Shown piece by piece: positions 18,056 to 28,855 of a DNA stretch of 41,976 nucleotides; position 1 is the first letter of the stretch; every line of letters starts with the position of its first letter. The notes under the pieces were generated by a model. The model did not search any database, was not told the DNA's origin, and saw only the letters and a list, made by a program, of their open reading frames with translations. This DNA is from Tissierellia bacterium (GTDB lineage: Bacteria; Bacillota; Clostridia; Tissierellales; Sedimentibacteraceae), in NCBI GenBank assembly GCA_012519555.1, contig JAAYPY010000005.1:1-41976 (forward strand). The letters are read 5' to 3'. The translations under genes were made by a program, and so were the position numbers.

Positions 18056-18631
18056 ATGAAGGATACTAAAAATATTTTATTGGTAGGTGTTGGCGGCCAA
18101 GGAACAATATTAGTAAGTAAAATATTATCCACTGGTCTTATGGAAGCAGGATATGATGTTAAGATGTCAGAAATTCACGGAATGGCACAAAGAGGAGGCA
18201 GCGTTTCTACACAGGTTAGATATGGAAAAGAGGTTTCTTCGCCAATTATAGGAATCGGTGAAGCAGATATTTTGGTTTCTTTTGAAACTATGGAAACACT
18301 GAGGTGGCTTGAATTTTTAAAGCCGGAGGGCGTTGTTGTAATCAATGATTTCAAAATACCTTCAGCTCCTATATTGATGGGAAAGGCAGATTACCCTGAA
18401 GGAATAATTGAGTTGATTGAAGGAAAAGCAAAAACCAAGGTAATAAACGCAGGAGAAATAGCTGAAGAATTAGGAAATCAAAAAGTAATGAACGTAGTTT
18501 TGTTGGGAGCCCTTATTAAGTCAATGAATTTGACAGATATTGACTGGGAAGCCGTGATAAAAAGCCAGGTGAAAGAAAAATTCGTAGATATAAACATTAA
18601 GGCGTTCAAAAAGGGAATGGATGCTGTGTAA
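18056..18631 (+). CDS. iorB: Indolepyruvate:ferredoxin oxidoreductase, beta subunit
   Basis: GVGGQG, SEIHGMAQRGGSV, NVVLLGAL, N..AF..G. Immediately follows iorA. Confidence 0.95.
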   Translation: MKDTKNILLVGVGGQGTILVSKILSTGLMEAGYDVKMSEIHGMAQRGGSVSTQVRYGKEVSSPIIGIGEADILVSFETMETLRWLEFLKPEGVVVINDFKIPSAPILMGKADYPEGIIELIEGKAKTKVINAGEIAEELGNQKVMNVVLLGALIKSMNLTDIDWEAVIKSQVKEKFVDINIKAFKKGMDAV

Positions 18632-18646
18632 AAAGGAAGGCATAAT

Positions 18647-19714
18647 ATGAGCTATAAGATATTTGTTGTAAATACAGGTTCAACTTCTACCAAAATAGCA
18701 TTATATGAAGATGAAAAAGAAATATTTACTAAAAGTTTAAGTCACTCTGATGAAGATATCAATAAATTTGACGACGTTCAAGACCAGCTTCACATGAGAT
18801 TGAAATTTGTCAAATCATATTTGGAAGAAAAGAAATTTGATGTTAAGGAATTGTCCTGTGTGGTTGCAAGAGGGGGAATGCTTCTTCCCGTTAAATCAGG
18901 AGCATATGAGATTAATGAGCTCATGATTGACAGAGTAGAAAACCGTCCTGTTATGGAGCATGCATCAAACCTTGCAGCACCAATTGCTTATGGTATTGCA
19001 AAGGAAGCCGGCCTACCTTCCTATATATATGACTCTGTAATGACTGACGAGTTTCCGGATATTGCTCGTATATCCGGTATGCCTGACATACCGCGAAGCA
19101 GTACAAGCCATGTATTGAATACAAGAGCAATGGCTATAAAGTATGCTAAAAGCATCGGGAAAAAATATGAAGAGCTAAATATAATCGTTGCCCATTTAGG
19201 CGGCGGAATATCAATTAATCTTCATCATAAGGGTCAGATAATTGACTTGGTTTCAGATGATGAAGGTCCCTTTTCACCTGAAAGAGCAGGCAGAGTACCC
19301 TGCAGAGAGCTGATAAACCTTTGTTATTCAGGTAAATTTGATAAAAAAACAATGCAGCGCAAGCTGAGGGGAAACGGAGGCTTAAAAGCATATTTAAATA
19401 CCATTGATGCAAGAGAAGTAGAATCCATGATTTCAGAAGGCAATGAATATGCAAAAATGATTTATGAAGCAATGGCATACCAAATTGCAAAAGGAATAGG
19501 AGAATTAGCAACAGTGGTAGAAGGGAAAGCGGATGTTATAATTCTTACGGGAGGTATTGCTCATTCTAAGATGCTTACTTCCTGGATAAAAAACAGAGTT
19601 TCTTTTATATCTCATGTTGAAATAATGCCCGGTGAAAATGAAATGGAAGCTTTGGCTTACGGTGCCTTAAGGGTGCTGAGAGGTGAAGAAAAAGCAAGAG
19701 AGTATACAGAATAG
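18647..19714 (+). CDS. buk: Butyrate / branched-chain carboxylic acid kinase
   Basis: NTGSTSTKIA, ARGG, HASNLA, HVLN, AHLGGGIS, EGPFSPERAG, ILTGGIA, PGENEMEALA. Confidence 0.94.
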   Translation: MSYKIFVVNTGSTSTKIALYEDEKEIFTKSLSHSDEDINKFDDVQDQLHMRLKFVKSYLEEKKFDVKELSCVVARGGMLLPVKSGAYEINELMIDRVENRPVMEHASNLAAPIAYGIAKEAGLPSYIYDSVMTDEFPDIARISGMPDIPRSSTSHVLNTRAMAIKYAKSIGKKYEELNIIVAHLGGGISINLHHKGQIIDLVSDDEGPFSPERAGRVPCRELINLCYSGKFDKKTMQRKLRGNGGLKAYLNTIDAREVESMISEGNEYAKMIYEAMAYQIAKGIGELATVVEGKADVIILTGGIAHSKMLTSWIKNRVSFISHVEIMPGENEMEALAYGALRVLRGEEKAREYTE

Positions 19715-19734
19715 AAAGAGGAAGGGTAATAATA

Positions 19735-19778
19735 AACAAAACAGTAACCAAATAAACGGTTACTGTTTTGTTATTTTT
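19735..19778 (+). terminator. Intrinsic terminator after buk
   Basis: AACAAAACAGTAACC (19735-19749) / GGTTACTGTTTTGTT (19758-19772), then ATTTTT. Confidence 0.85.
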
Positions 19779-19802
19779 CGGAACACCTTAAAAAGTTCAG
19801 GA

Positions 19803-19921
19803 TAGGACGAAATATATACAACAAGACTATTTAAAAATTCGTAATAAGGCGAACAGAAATTATATTTATTTATAAAATTTCATGAAGAATAGTTGACAAG
19901 GTTTTTTATATTTGTTATTAT
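19803..19921 (+). promoter_or_regulatory. pur operon promoter with upstream PurBox-like CGAA/TTCG sites
   Basis: TTGACA (19893-19898), 17 bp, TG-T-TATTAT (19916-19921). CGAA at 19808 and 19850 (GGCGAACAGAAAT); TTCG at 19838. Confidence 0.65.
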
Positions 19922-19956
19922 GTTTTTGAAAAATGATAACAAAGGAAGGTTTATTT

Positions 19957-22900
19957 ATGAACTTTGATGTTAAAAGAATTTATGTGGAAAAAAGAGCAGG
20001 ATTTAACACCGAAGCAAGGAACTTACTCAGCAATCTAAAAGAAAATTTAAATATTGAAAAATTAAATAAGGTTAGAATATTGAACAGATATACGGCAGCA
20101 AACCTTGATGCCGAGGATTTTACTAAATGTGTAAATACTGTTTTTTCAGAGCCGAATCAAGATATTGTATATTTCGAGGATGTTGAGCTGAAAGGACATG
20201 TCTTTGCCGTGGAATATTTACCGGGACAATATGACCAAAGAGCTGATTTTGCCGCCCAATGTGCACAAATTGTCACAGGAAAGGAAAAGCCTTTAGTTAA
20301 ATATGCTAAAGTATTCATTCTTGAAGGAGACTTATCCCAAGAAGATATTGATAAAATAAAGAATTATCTGATAAATCCTGTTGATTCCAGGGAAGCAGAG
20401 CTAACTAAACCGTCCGCCTTGAATGAAGATTACCCTCTAGCTAAAGATGTAGAAAGAATAAATAATTTTATAAACAAATCAAAGGAAGAATTAGAAGAAT
20501 ATAAAAGAGAAACAGGTCTTGCCATGAGCACGGAGGACTTGTTGTTTTGTCAAGAATACTTTAAAAATATTGAAAAAAGAAACCCTACAATTACCGAAAT
20601 AAAAGTAATTGATACCTATTGGTCTGACCATTGCAGACATACAACATTTTCTACAGAAATAGAAGGTATTGAATTTGAAAAAGGAAGAATAACGGAAGAA
20701 ATTAAAAAAACCTACAATGATTATATAAATGTCAGGAAATATGTTTATGAAAATAAAGAAAAGGATATTACATTAATGGATTTAGCAACAATAGGGGCAA
20801 AGGAATTAAGAAGGCAAGGACTTCTTAATGACTTGGAAATATCTGAAGAAATTAATGCATGCAGCATAATAATAAATGTAGATATTGAAGGGAAAAATGA
20901 AGAATGGCTATTAATGTTTAAAAATGAAACCCATAATCACCCGACAGAAATCGAGCCCTTTGGAGGAGCAGCTACCTGTCTGGGAGGAGCCATAAGAGAT
21001 CCGCTTTCGGGACGTTCCTATGTATATCAGGCAATGCGTATTACAGGAAGCGGGGACCCAAGACAAAAAATTGAAGATACATTAGCCGGAAAGCTTCCAC
21101 AAAGGAAGATTACAACGGAAGCAGCAGCAGGATACAGCTCCTACGGAAATCAAATCGGGCTTGCCACAGGTTATGTAAATGAAATATATCATCCTGATTA
21201 TGTTGCTAAAAGGATGGAGGTTGGTGCAGTTATTGCTGCAGCACCCAGAAAAAATGTTAAAAGGGAAACACCAAGTAAGGGTGATCTTGTAATCCTTTTA
21301 GGAGGAAGAACAGGCAGAGACGGTATAGGGGGAGCAACAGGTTCATCAATGGAGCATACTGAAGAATCCATTGTGACCAGAGGCTCAGAGGTGCAAAAGG
21401 GAAATGCGCCTACGGAAAGAAACATTCAAAGATTATTCAGAAGAAAAGAAGTAACCACACTTATAAAAAAATGCAATGATTTTGGTGCGGGCGGAGTATC
21501 GGTAGCCATCGGAGAATTAGCCGAAGGCTTAATTATAAATTTGGATTTGATACCAAAAAAATATGAGGGGCTTGACGGAACTGAATTAGCTATCTCCGAA
21601 TCTCAGGAAAGAATGGCTCTTGTTGTCAGGAAAGAAGATGCCGTATTGTTTAATAAATTTGCACATGAAGAAAACCTTGAGTCAACTGTTGTAGCAGAGG
21701 TTACGGATGACAGAAGGATTAAAATGACATGGAGGGGCATGACAATCCTTGATATAAGCAGGAATTTTTTGGATACTAACGGTGTAAAGCAAAAAACAAA
21801 TGCAAAAATTACAGAACCTAAAAATACAAAATATGAAAGAAAATTTGCAAGTGAAAATTTAAAAGAACAGTGGCTTGAGAACTTAAATGATCTGAATGTT
21901 GCAAGTCAAAAAGGTTTGATTGAAAGGTTTGATTCAACAGTAGGTGCGGGGTCAGTATTAGTACCCTTGGGAGGCAGGACCCAGCTTACACCTGCAGAAG
22001 GAATGGCTGCCAAAATTCCCGTTGAAGGAGGAGTAACTAATACCTGCTCCTTAATGACATATGGATTTGACCCTTATCTATCCAAGGAAAGTCCTTATCA
22101 TGGGGCAATGTATGCGGTAATACATTCTGTTGCCAAAATTGTTGCAATGGGAGGAGACTACAAGAAGATCCGCCTAACCTTCCAGGAATATTTTGAAAAA
22201 CTTAACAAGGAGCCAAAAAGATGGGGTAAGCCTTTAAGTGCCTTGTTGGGAGCATTTAAAGCACAGCACGAACTAAAGCTGCCATCCATCGGCGGAAAGG
22301 ACAGCATGTCAGGTAGCTTTAATGAACTTGATGTGCCGCCTAGCTTAATAAGTTTTGCAGTTACAGTTACGGACGTAAAAAATATTATTTCACCTGAATT
22401 CAAAAAAGCAAACAAGAAGGTTGTATTAATAAAAATTAAAAAGGATGAAAATAATATCCCTGATTTTGAAGATATTAAAGAAAAGTATCAAGCTGTTCAT
22501 GAAGCTGTTAAAAAAGGAGAAGTTTTAAGTGCTCATACTGTAGGATATGGCGGCATTGCCGCAGCCATAAGCAAGATGACCTTAGGAAATGAAATAGGAT
22601 TTATAAGTGATTACACTTCCGATAATAGTTGGTTTGATGCAAGCTACGGGGATATTATCTTAGAGGTTGAAAGTTCATTTTCATATGAAGAAGGCGTCCA
22701 AATAGGAAGTACAACAAATAAAAAAGAAATCCGGATTAATCATATTTGCATGTCCTTAGATGAAATCAAATTTACATGGCTGAAACCTTTAGACAGTATC
22801 TTCCCGGTTAAAAAGGATATAGAGGGAGTTATTGAAAACTATTGTTACAAGGCTAAAAAAGCTGCTAAATCCTCTGTATCAATTGCGAAACCAAGAGTGT

Positions 22901-23685
22901 TTATACCCGTATTCCCGGGAACAAACTGCGAATATGACACCAAGAGGGCTTTTGAAAGGGCTGGAGCAAAGGCGGACATATTCGTGTTTAAAAACCTAAA
23001 ACCACAGGATATAAAAGAATCAATATTAGAAATGAACTCACTGATAAGGCAGTCTCAGATTATTGCATTTTCAGGAGGATTCAGTGCAGGCGATGAGCCT
23101 GAGGGCTCAGGGAAATTCATTGCTGCAGTATTCAGAAATGAATTGTTAAAGGATGCTGTTACAGACCTTCTTAAAAACAGAGATGGCTTGATTATAGGTA
23201 TTTGCAACGGCTTTCAGGCTCTTATTAAGTTAGGCCTGGTGTCCTTAGGAGAAATTACCGAAATAGAAGATGATTATCCAACCTTGACCTATAATAAAAT
23301 CGGAAGGCATATATCAACATTTGTTAAAACTAAGGTTGTAAGCAATTTGTCTCCATGGCTCAGCGGGTGCAATGTGGGCGACATACACTATTTGCCTGTA
23401 TCCCACGGTGAAGGAGGATTTGCCGCAAATGAAAAATGGATTAAAATCCTAAAGGATAGGGGGCAGATAGCTACCCAATATGTAGATTCCGAAAATTTAC
23501 CAAGCTATGACGGCTTTTACAATCCTAACGGTTCCATGGAAGCAGTGGAGGGCATAACAAGTCCGGATGGCAGAGTTTTAGGCAAAATGGCCCATTCGGA
23601 AAGACTTCAAGAGAATATATATAAGAACATTCCGGGAAACAAGGAGCAGCTGCTCTTCGAATCCGGAGTTAAATATTTTAAATAG
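19957..23685 (+). CDS. purL: Phosphoribosylformylglycinamidine synthase, single-chain clostridial type (synthetase plus glutaminase)
   Basis: YWSDHCRH, KNETHNHPTEIEPFGGAAT, NDFGAGG, SESQERM, GGKDSMSG; glutaminase domain FPGTNCE, GGFSAGD, GICNGFQ, SHGEG, NPNGS, MAHSER. Alternative start at 19933. Confidence 0.96.
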   Translation: MNFDVKRIYVEKRAGFNTEARNLLSNLKENLNIEKLNKVRILNRYTAANLDAEDFTKCVNTVFSEPNQDIVYFEDVELKGHVFAVEYLPGQYDQRADFAAQCAQIVTGKEKPLVKYAKVFILEGDLSQEDIDKIKNYLINPVDSREAELTKPSALNEDYPLAKDVERINNFINKSKEELEEYKRETGLAMSTEDLLFCQEYFKNIEKRNPTITEIKVIDTYWSDHCRHTTFSTEIEGIEFEKGRITEEIKKTYNDYINVRKYVYENKEKDITLMDLATIGAKELRRQGLLNDLEISEEINACSIIINVDIEGKNEEWLLMFKNETHNHPTEIEPFGGAATCLGGAIRDPLSGRSYVYQAMRITGSGDPRQKIEDTLAGKLPQRKITTEAAAGYSSYGNQIGLATGYVNEIYHPDYVAKRMEVGAVIAAAPRKNVKRETPSKGDLVILLGGRTGRDGIGGATGSSMEHTEESIVTRGSEVQKGNAPTERNIQRLFRRKEVTTLIKKCNDFGAGGVSVAIGELAEGLIINLDLIPKKYEGLDGTELAISESQERMALVVRKEDAVLFNKFAHEENLESTVVAEVTDDRRIKMTWRGMTILDISRNFLDTNGVKQKTNAKITEPKNTKYERKFASENLKEQWLENLNDLNVASQKGLIERFDSTVGAGSVLVPLGGRTQLTPAEGMAAKIPVEGGVTNTCSLMTYGFDPYLSKESPYHGAMYAVIHSVAKIVAMGGDYKKIRLTFQEYFEKLNKEPKRWGKPLSALLGAFKAQHELKLPSIGGKDSMSGSFNELDVPPSLISFAVTVTDVKNIISPEFKKANKKVVLIKIKKDENNIPDFEDIKEKYQAVHEAVKKGEVLSAHTVGYGGIAAAISKMTLGNEIGFISDYTSDNSWFDASYGDIILEVESSFSYEEGVQIGSTTNKKEIRINHICMSLDEIKFTWLKPLDSIFPVKKDIEGVIENYCYKAKKAAKSSVSIAKPRVFIPVFPGTNCEYDTKRAFERAGAKADIFVFKNLKPQDIKESILEMNSLIRQSQIIAFSGGFSAGDEPEGSGKFIAAVFRNELLKDAVTDLLKNRDGLIIGICNGFQALIKLGLVSLGEITEIEDDYPTLTYNKIGRHISTFVKTKVVSNLSPWLSGCNVGDIHYLPVSHGEGGFAANEKWIKILKDRGQIATQYVDSENLPSYDGFYNPNGSMEAVEGITSPDGRVLGKMAHSERLQENIYKNIPGNKEQLLFESGVKYFK

Positions 23686-23695
23686 GGGAGGAAAA

Positions 23696-24190
23696 ATGAA
23701 AATAGCACTTGTTTTGGGAAGTGATTCAGACTTTCCGGTAGTTGAAAAAGGTTATAATGTTTTAAAAGAATTCGGAGTAGAGGCAGCAGTAAGAGTAATA
23801 TCAGCTCACAGAACCCCCCATGAAGCTTTGGAATTTGCAAAAAACGCACATAATAACGGCTATGAGTTAATTATTGCAGCAGCAGGGAAAGCTGCTCATT
23901 TGCCTGGGGTTTTAGCGGGCTGTACGCCATTACCTGTAATTGGACTTCCTATTAAATCATCGGAATTAGATGGAATGGATGCTTTATTTTCAATAGTGCA
24001 GATGCCTCCGGGAGTACCTGTTGCGACAGTTGGAATAAACTGTGCGGAAAATGCAGCCCTATTGGCCGTTCAAATTTTATCGGTAAAATATGAAGAATTG
24101 AGAGAAAAGTTTTCGAATTATAAAAAACAAATGGCTGAGAGAGTATTAGAAAAGGATAAAAAATTAAACGAAAAATTATTGTCATCCTGA
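23696..24190 (+). CDS. purE: N5-CAIR mutase / AIR carboxylase
   Basis: GSDSD, SAHRTP, AGKAAHLPG, SIVQMPPGVPVATV. Confidence 0.97.
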   Translation: MKIALVLGSDSDFPVVEKGYNVLKEFGVEAAVRVISAHRTPHEALEFAKNAHNNGYELIIAAAGKAAHLPGVLAGCTPLPVIGLPIKSSELDGMDALFSIVQMPPGVPVATVGINCAENAALLAVQILSVKYEELREKFSNYKKQMAERVLEKDKKLNEKLLSS

Positions 24191-24237
24191 GTACAGTAAA
24201 AAAACAGAATGACTATAAAAATAAGATTGGAGATATT

Positions 24238-25623
24238 ATGTATTTAGACGATGATAAATTACATGAGGAATGCGGGGTTGTAGGAGTATATACAGCCAAT
24301 CCGGATATTACAAGCCAGCTTATATATTACGGATTATTTGCATTGCAGCACAGAGGTCAGGAAAGTGCAGGCATTGCCATTCATACAGGTAATAAAATCG
24401 AATTTCATAAGGATATGGGATTGGTAGCTGATGTTCTTAAGCAGGAAATTATAAACAGATTAACAGGTAACATAGCAATCGGACATGTCAGATATTCCAA
24501 TGATGGAGAAAGGGAAAAGCAAAATGCACAGCCTTTAGTGGTAAGATACAAAGAAGGGTCAATAGCTTTAGCTCATAACGGAAATTTGGTTAATGCAGAT
24601 TCCTTAAGAGATATACTTGAAAATGAAGGTGTAATATTTCAAACTTCAACTGACTCTGAAGTTGTAGCAAATTTAGTTTCAAGACATTACAGAGGAAGCA
24701 TAGTTAAATCTATTCAAAATACCATGGAGGTTGTAAAAGGCGCTTATGCCTTTGTATTTATGACAGAAAAAGAGTTAATAGGTGTAAGAGATAATTATGG
24801 ACTTAGACCACTCTGTCTGGGAAAAAGAGAAGGCGGATATCTCTTAGCCTCCGAAAGCTGCGGTATTACCGCCATGGGAGGGGAATTCATAAGAGATATT
24901 GAGCCCGGCGAAATTGTTGTTATAAATGAAGATGGTGTTAAGAGCATAAAAACCACAAAATATGCCAGACAGGAATTATGTATATTCGAGCATGTATATT
25001 TTGCACGACCTGACAGTAATTTAGATGGTGTAAATGTTTACCGGACCAGGTACAATTCTGGAAGGCTTTTGGCTCAAGAAGCACCTGTAAAAGCTGATTT
25101 GGTATTTTGCGTACCCGACTCGGGAACACCGGCTGCCTTGGGATATGCTGCAGAATTAAATATTCCTTACGGACTTGGAATCATTAAGAACAGATATGCA
25201 AAGAGAACCTTCATAGAACCTAAACAAAGCTTAAGGGAGCAGGGAGTTAAAACAAAACTCAGCATCTTAAAAGAATTAGTTGAAGGTAAGGTCGTAGTAA
25301 TGGTTGATGACAGCATAGTCAGAGGAACAACAACGAAGCAAATTGTCAACATGGTAAAGGAAGCAGGGGCAAAGGAGGTCCATGTGAGAATATCATCACC
25401 ACCGGTGACACATTCTTGTTTCTTCGGTATAAATACCCCTGACAGAAGCAAATTGATAGGTGCAAATAAAACAATCGAAGAAATAAAAGAGCATATCAAA
25501 GCTGACAGCTTACATTTTTTAAGCTTAGAAAATTTAATAAAGTCAACCGGCTCCACTGCAGGTTACTGCAAGGCATGTTTAAACGGTGATTACCCGATGG
25601 AAGTACCTAACAATGGGATATAG
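24238..25623 (+). CDS. purF: Amidophosphoribosyltransferase
   Basis: Propeptide ..[44 protein letters not shown], Fe-S cysteines (CFFGI, CKAC). Confidence 0.97.
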   Translation: MYLDDDKLHEECGVVGVYTANPDITSQLIYYGLFALQHRGQESAGIAIHTGNKIEFHKDMGLVADVLKQEIINRLTGNIAIGHVRYSNDGEREKQNAQPLVVRYKEGSIALAHNGNLVNADSLRDILENEGVIFQTSTDSEVVANLVSRHYRGSIVKSIQNTMEVVKGAYAFVFMTEKELIGVRDNYGLRPLCLGKREGGYLLASESCGITAMGGEFIRDIEPGEIVVINEDGVKSIKTTKYARQELCIFEHVYFARPDSNLDGVNVYRTRYNSGRLLAQEAPVKADLVFCVPDSGTPAALGYAAELNIPYGLGIIKNRYAKRTFIEPKQSLREQGVKTKLSILKELVEGKVVVMVDDSIVRGTTTKQIVNMVKEAGAKEVHVRISSPPVTHSCFFGINTPDRSKLIGANKTIEEIKEHIKADSLHFLSLENLIKSTGSTAGYCKACLNGDYPMEVPNNGI

Positions 25624-25631
25624 GAGGTATA

Positions 25632-26672
25632 ATGAACGAAAGACTGACTTATAAAGATTCAGGAGTAGATGTAAATTCCGGTTATGAAACAGTAAAACTT
25701 ATAAAAGAACATGTTAAGAAAACACATACAAGGGGCGTAATTTCAAACATAGGTGGTTTTGGCGGTATGTTTGAAATAGACAAGGATGAATTTGAAGAGC
25801 CTGTCTTGGTTTCCGGGACAGACGGTGTAGGAACGAAACTTATGATTGCATTTATGACAGACAAGCATGACACTATCGGGGAGGACGCTGTAGCCATGTG
25901 TGTAAATGATGTTATATGCCAGGGTGCAAAGCCTCTGTTTTTCTTGGATTATATAGCAACAGGTAAATTAGAGCCAAAAAAAGCGGCAAGCATTGTTAAA
26001 GGTGTAGCGGAAGGCTGCATTAAAGCAGATTGTGCCTTGATAGGCGGAGAAACAGCAGAAATGCCCGGACTTTACGACCAGGGAGAATATGACATAGCCG
26101 GATTTTGTGTAGGGATTGTTGATAAAAAGAAAATAATTGACGGCTCAAAAATAGTTGATGGGGATGTTCTTATCGGAATTCCTTCCAGCGGAATTCACAG
26201 CAACGGATATTCCTTGGTACGAAAGGTTTTTTTCAGTCATAAGAATTATGATGTCAACCGGTATATTGAGGAGTTAGGCCGCACCTTGGGAGAAGAATTG
26301 TTAACTCCGACAAAAATTTACCCCAAGCTTATTCTTGACTTGTTATCCAAATTTGAAATAAAAGGTATTTCAAACATTACAGGAGGAGGATTTTATGAAA
26401 ACATTCCGAGGATGTTTCCCCAAGGTATAACAGCAAATATTGATACAGCAAACATCAATGTGCTGCCTATATTTAAGCTGATACAAAAGGAAGGAAACAT
26501 TGATATTGATGAAATGTACGGTACTTTCAATATGGGTATAGGAATTGTTTTAGCAGTTGGAAAAGACACTGCAAATGATGTTTTGAATTACTTGAAAGGT
26601 GTCGGAGAAGCCCCTGTAATTATTGGAAAAACAGTTGACAGGGAAGGCGGGCTTAAAATATGCCACAGGTAA
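25632..26672 (+). CDS. purM: Phosphoribosylformylglycinamidine cyclo-ligase
   Basis: [44 protein letters not shown]. Confidence 0.97.
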   Translation: MNERLTYKDSGVDVNSGYETVKLIKEHVKKTHTRGVISNIGGFGGMFEIDKDEFEEPVLVSGTDGVGTKLMIAFMTDKHDTIGEDAVAMCVNDVICQGAKPLFFLDYIATGKLEPKKAASIVKGVAEGCIKADCALIGGETAEMPGLYDQGEYDIAGFCVGIVDKKKIIDGSKIVDGDVLIGIPSSGIHSNGYSLVRKVFFSHKNYDVNRYIEELGRTLGEELLTPTKIYPKLILDLLSKFEIKGISNITGGGFYENIPRMFPQGITANIDTANINVLPIFKLIQKEGNIDIDEMYGTFNMGIGIVLAVGKDTANDVLNYLKGVGEAPVIIGKTVDREGGLKICHR

Positions 26673-27286
26673 AAATTGGAGTATTAATATCCGGTTCAGG
26701 AACAAATCTTCAGTCTTTGATTGATAATACCGAGAACGGATACATTAACGGCAGAATAACAGTTGTAATATCGAACAGAAAAGATGCGTACGGATTAGAA
26801 AGAGCAAAACAACACAAGATTGACGCTGTGTATTTAAGTCAAAAAGATTATGAGAGCTTTGAAAATTTTAATAATGCAATTATTGATGAATTGAAGGCAC
26901 ATAATGTTGAATTGGTAGTATTGGCAGGATATCTTAAAATTTTAACTGCTAAATTTATCGATGTGTACAAAAACCGAATAATTAATATTCATCCTTCCTT
27001 AATACCTGCATTCTGCGGTAAGGGATATTACGGTATAAAGGTTCATGAAGAAGCAGTAAATTACGGTGTTAAATTAAGCGGTGCAACAGTACACTTTGTG
27101 GATGAAGGCGCTGATACGGGTCCTATCATCATTCAGGAAGCAGTTGAAGTCAGTTATGAAGACACTGCAGAAAGCTTGCAGCAAAAGATACTTAAAATAG
27201 AGCATAAAATTCTTCCTTTGGCTGTTAAATATTACTGCGCCGGGAAAATTCAAATAAGGGGAAGAAAAGTAAAAATAGAGGAGTGA
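26660..27286 (+). CDS. purN: Phosphoribosylglycinamide formyltransferase
   Basis: [37 protein letters not shown]. Confidence 0.97.
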   Translation: MPQVKIGVLISGSGTNLQSLIDNTENGYINGRITVVISNRKDAYGLERAKQHKIDAVYLSQKDYESFENFNNAIIDELKAHNVELVVLAGYLKILTAKFIDVYKNRIINIHPSLIPAFCGKGYYGIKVHEEAVNYGVKLSGATVHFVDEGADTGPIIIQEAVEVSYEDTAESLQQKILKIEHKILPLAVKYYCAGKIQIRGRKVKIEE

Positions 27287-27290
27287 AATA

Positions 27291-28847
27291 ATGAGAGCTA
27301 TAATAAGTGTATCCGATAAAAGAGGTATAGTTGAATTTGCTAAAGAGTTGGAAAATTTGGGAGTTGAGATTATATCAACGGGAGGAACTTACAGAACCTT
27401 ACAGGAAGCTGGTATAAAGGTAAGAGGAATTTCTGAAATAACTAATTTTCCGGAATGTCTCGATGGAAGAGTAAAAACATTGCACCCCAACATTCATGCC
27501 GGAATTTTAGCAATGCGAAAAAACCCCGAGCATATGAAACAACTATCTGGGCTGAATATTAAAACAATCGACTTGGTTGTTGTTAATCTATATCCCTTTA
27601 AACAAACAATATTAAAGCATGGGGTAACAAGGCAGGAAGCAATTGAAAATATTGATATAGGCGGTCCTACAATGCTGCGTTCCGCAGCAAAAAACTATCA
27701 GGATGTGGCTGTTATAGTTGACCCTAAGGATTATGATATGGTTCTTAATGAATTAAAGGAAAACATGGAAGTTTCTTTAGACACTAAGTTTTATCTTTGC
27801 TCCAAGGTTTTTTCACATACTGCTCACTATGATACACTGATTTCTTCTTACATGAAAAAAGAAAGAAAAGACAGTTCTTTACCCGAAACATTTACTATGA
27901 CATATGAAAAAATTCAGGAAATGCGATATGGTGAAAACCCTCACCAAAAAGCCGCATTTTATAAAGAAGTTGAAAGGGCAGAAGGACTTTTAGCTTCTGC
28001 AATACAGCTTCACGGCAAGGAGCTATCCTTTAACAATATTAATGATACCAACGGAGCTCTTGAATTATTAAAAGAATTCCATGAGCCATGTGTTGTTGTA
28101 TGCAAGCACGCAAATCCATGCGGAGTAGGATGCGGAGACAATATTTACTTAGCTTACATGAAAGCATTCAGTGCTGACCCGACTTCAATCTTTGGCGGTA
28201 TTCTAGTATTTAACAGAGAAATTGATGAAAAAACAGCACAGGAAATAAACAAAATCTTTGTTGAAATAATTGCTGCCCCTTCATATAGTCAAGAAGCCTT
28301 AGCAGTACTTAAATCAAAGAAAAATATAAGGCTCTTGCAAATAGAAAATATATTACAAAAGCAGGATGAATATGCTTATGATCTTAAAAAGGTTGCCGGT
28401 GGTATATTAGTTCAAGAAATTGATTCAAAGCTTCTGCCGGAAGGTGGAGAGATAAAAAACGTAACTATTGCCAAACCCACTGATAAGGAAATGAATGATT
28501 TGCTCATGGCATGGAAAATAGTAAAGCATACTAAATCTAACGCCATAACCATCGTTAAAGACGGTCAATCCATAGGAATCGGTCCAGGTCAGGTAAACCG
28601 CATCTGGGCTTGCAGACAGGCAATTGAGCATGCACATGAATTCTTGGGAGAAGACAGTACCAAGGGAGCTTCTCTTGCATCGGATGCATTTTTTCCATTC
28701 CCTGACTGTGTACAAGAAGCTGCAAAAGCCGGAATTACTGCAATTATTCAACCGGGCGGGTCACTGAAGGATGAAGACTCCATAAAAGAGTGCAATAAAC
28801 ACAATATATCCATGGTTTTTACAGATATGAGACACTTTAAACATTAG
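27291..28847 (+). CDS. purH: Bifunctional AICAR formyltransferase / IMP cyclohydrolase
   Basis: [62 protein letters not shown]. Confidence 0.97.
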   Translation: MRAIISVSDKRGIVEFAKELENLGVEIISTGGTYRTLQEAGIKVRGISEITNFPECLDGRVKTLHPNIHAGILAMRKNPEHMKQLSGLNIKTIDLVVVNLYPFKQTILKHGVTRQEAIENIDIGGPTMLRSAAKNYQDVAVIVDPKDYDMVLNELKENMEVSLDTKFYLCSKVFSHTAHYDTLISSYMKKERKDSSLPETFTMTYEKIQEMRYGENPHQKAAFYKEVERAEGLLASAIQLHGKELSFNNINDTNGALELLKEFHEPCVVVCKHANPCGVGCGDNIYLAYMKAFSADPTSIFGGILVFNREIDEKTAQEINKIFVEIIAAPSYSQEALAVLKSKKNIRLLQIENILQKQDEYAYDLKKVAGGILVQEIDSKLLPEGGEIKNVTIAKPTDKEMNDLLMAWKIVKHTKSNAITIVKDGQSIGIGPGQVNRIWACRQAIEHAHEFLGEDSTKGASLASDAFFPFPDCVQEAAKAGITAIIQPGGSLKDEDSIKECNKHNISMVFTDMRHFKH

Positions 28848-28855
28848 GAGGCCTT

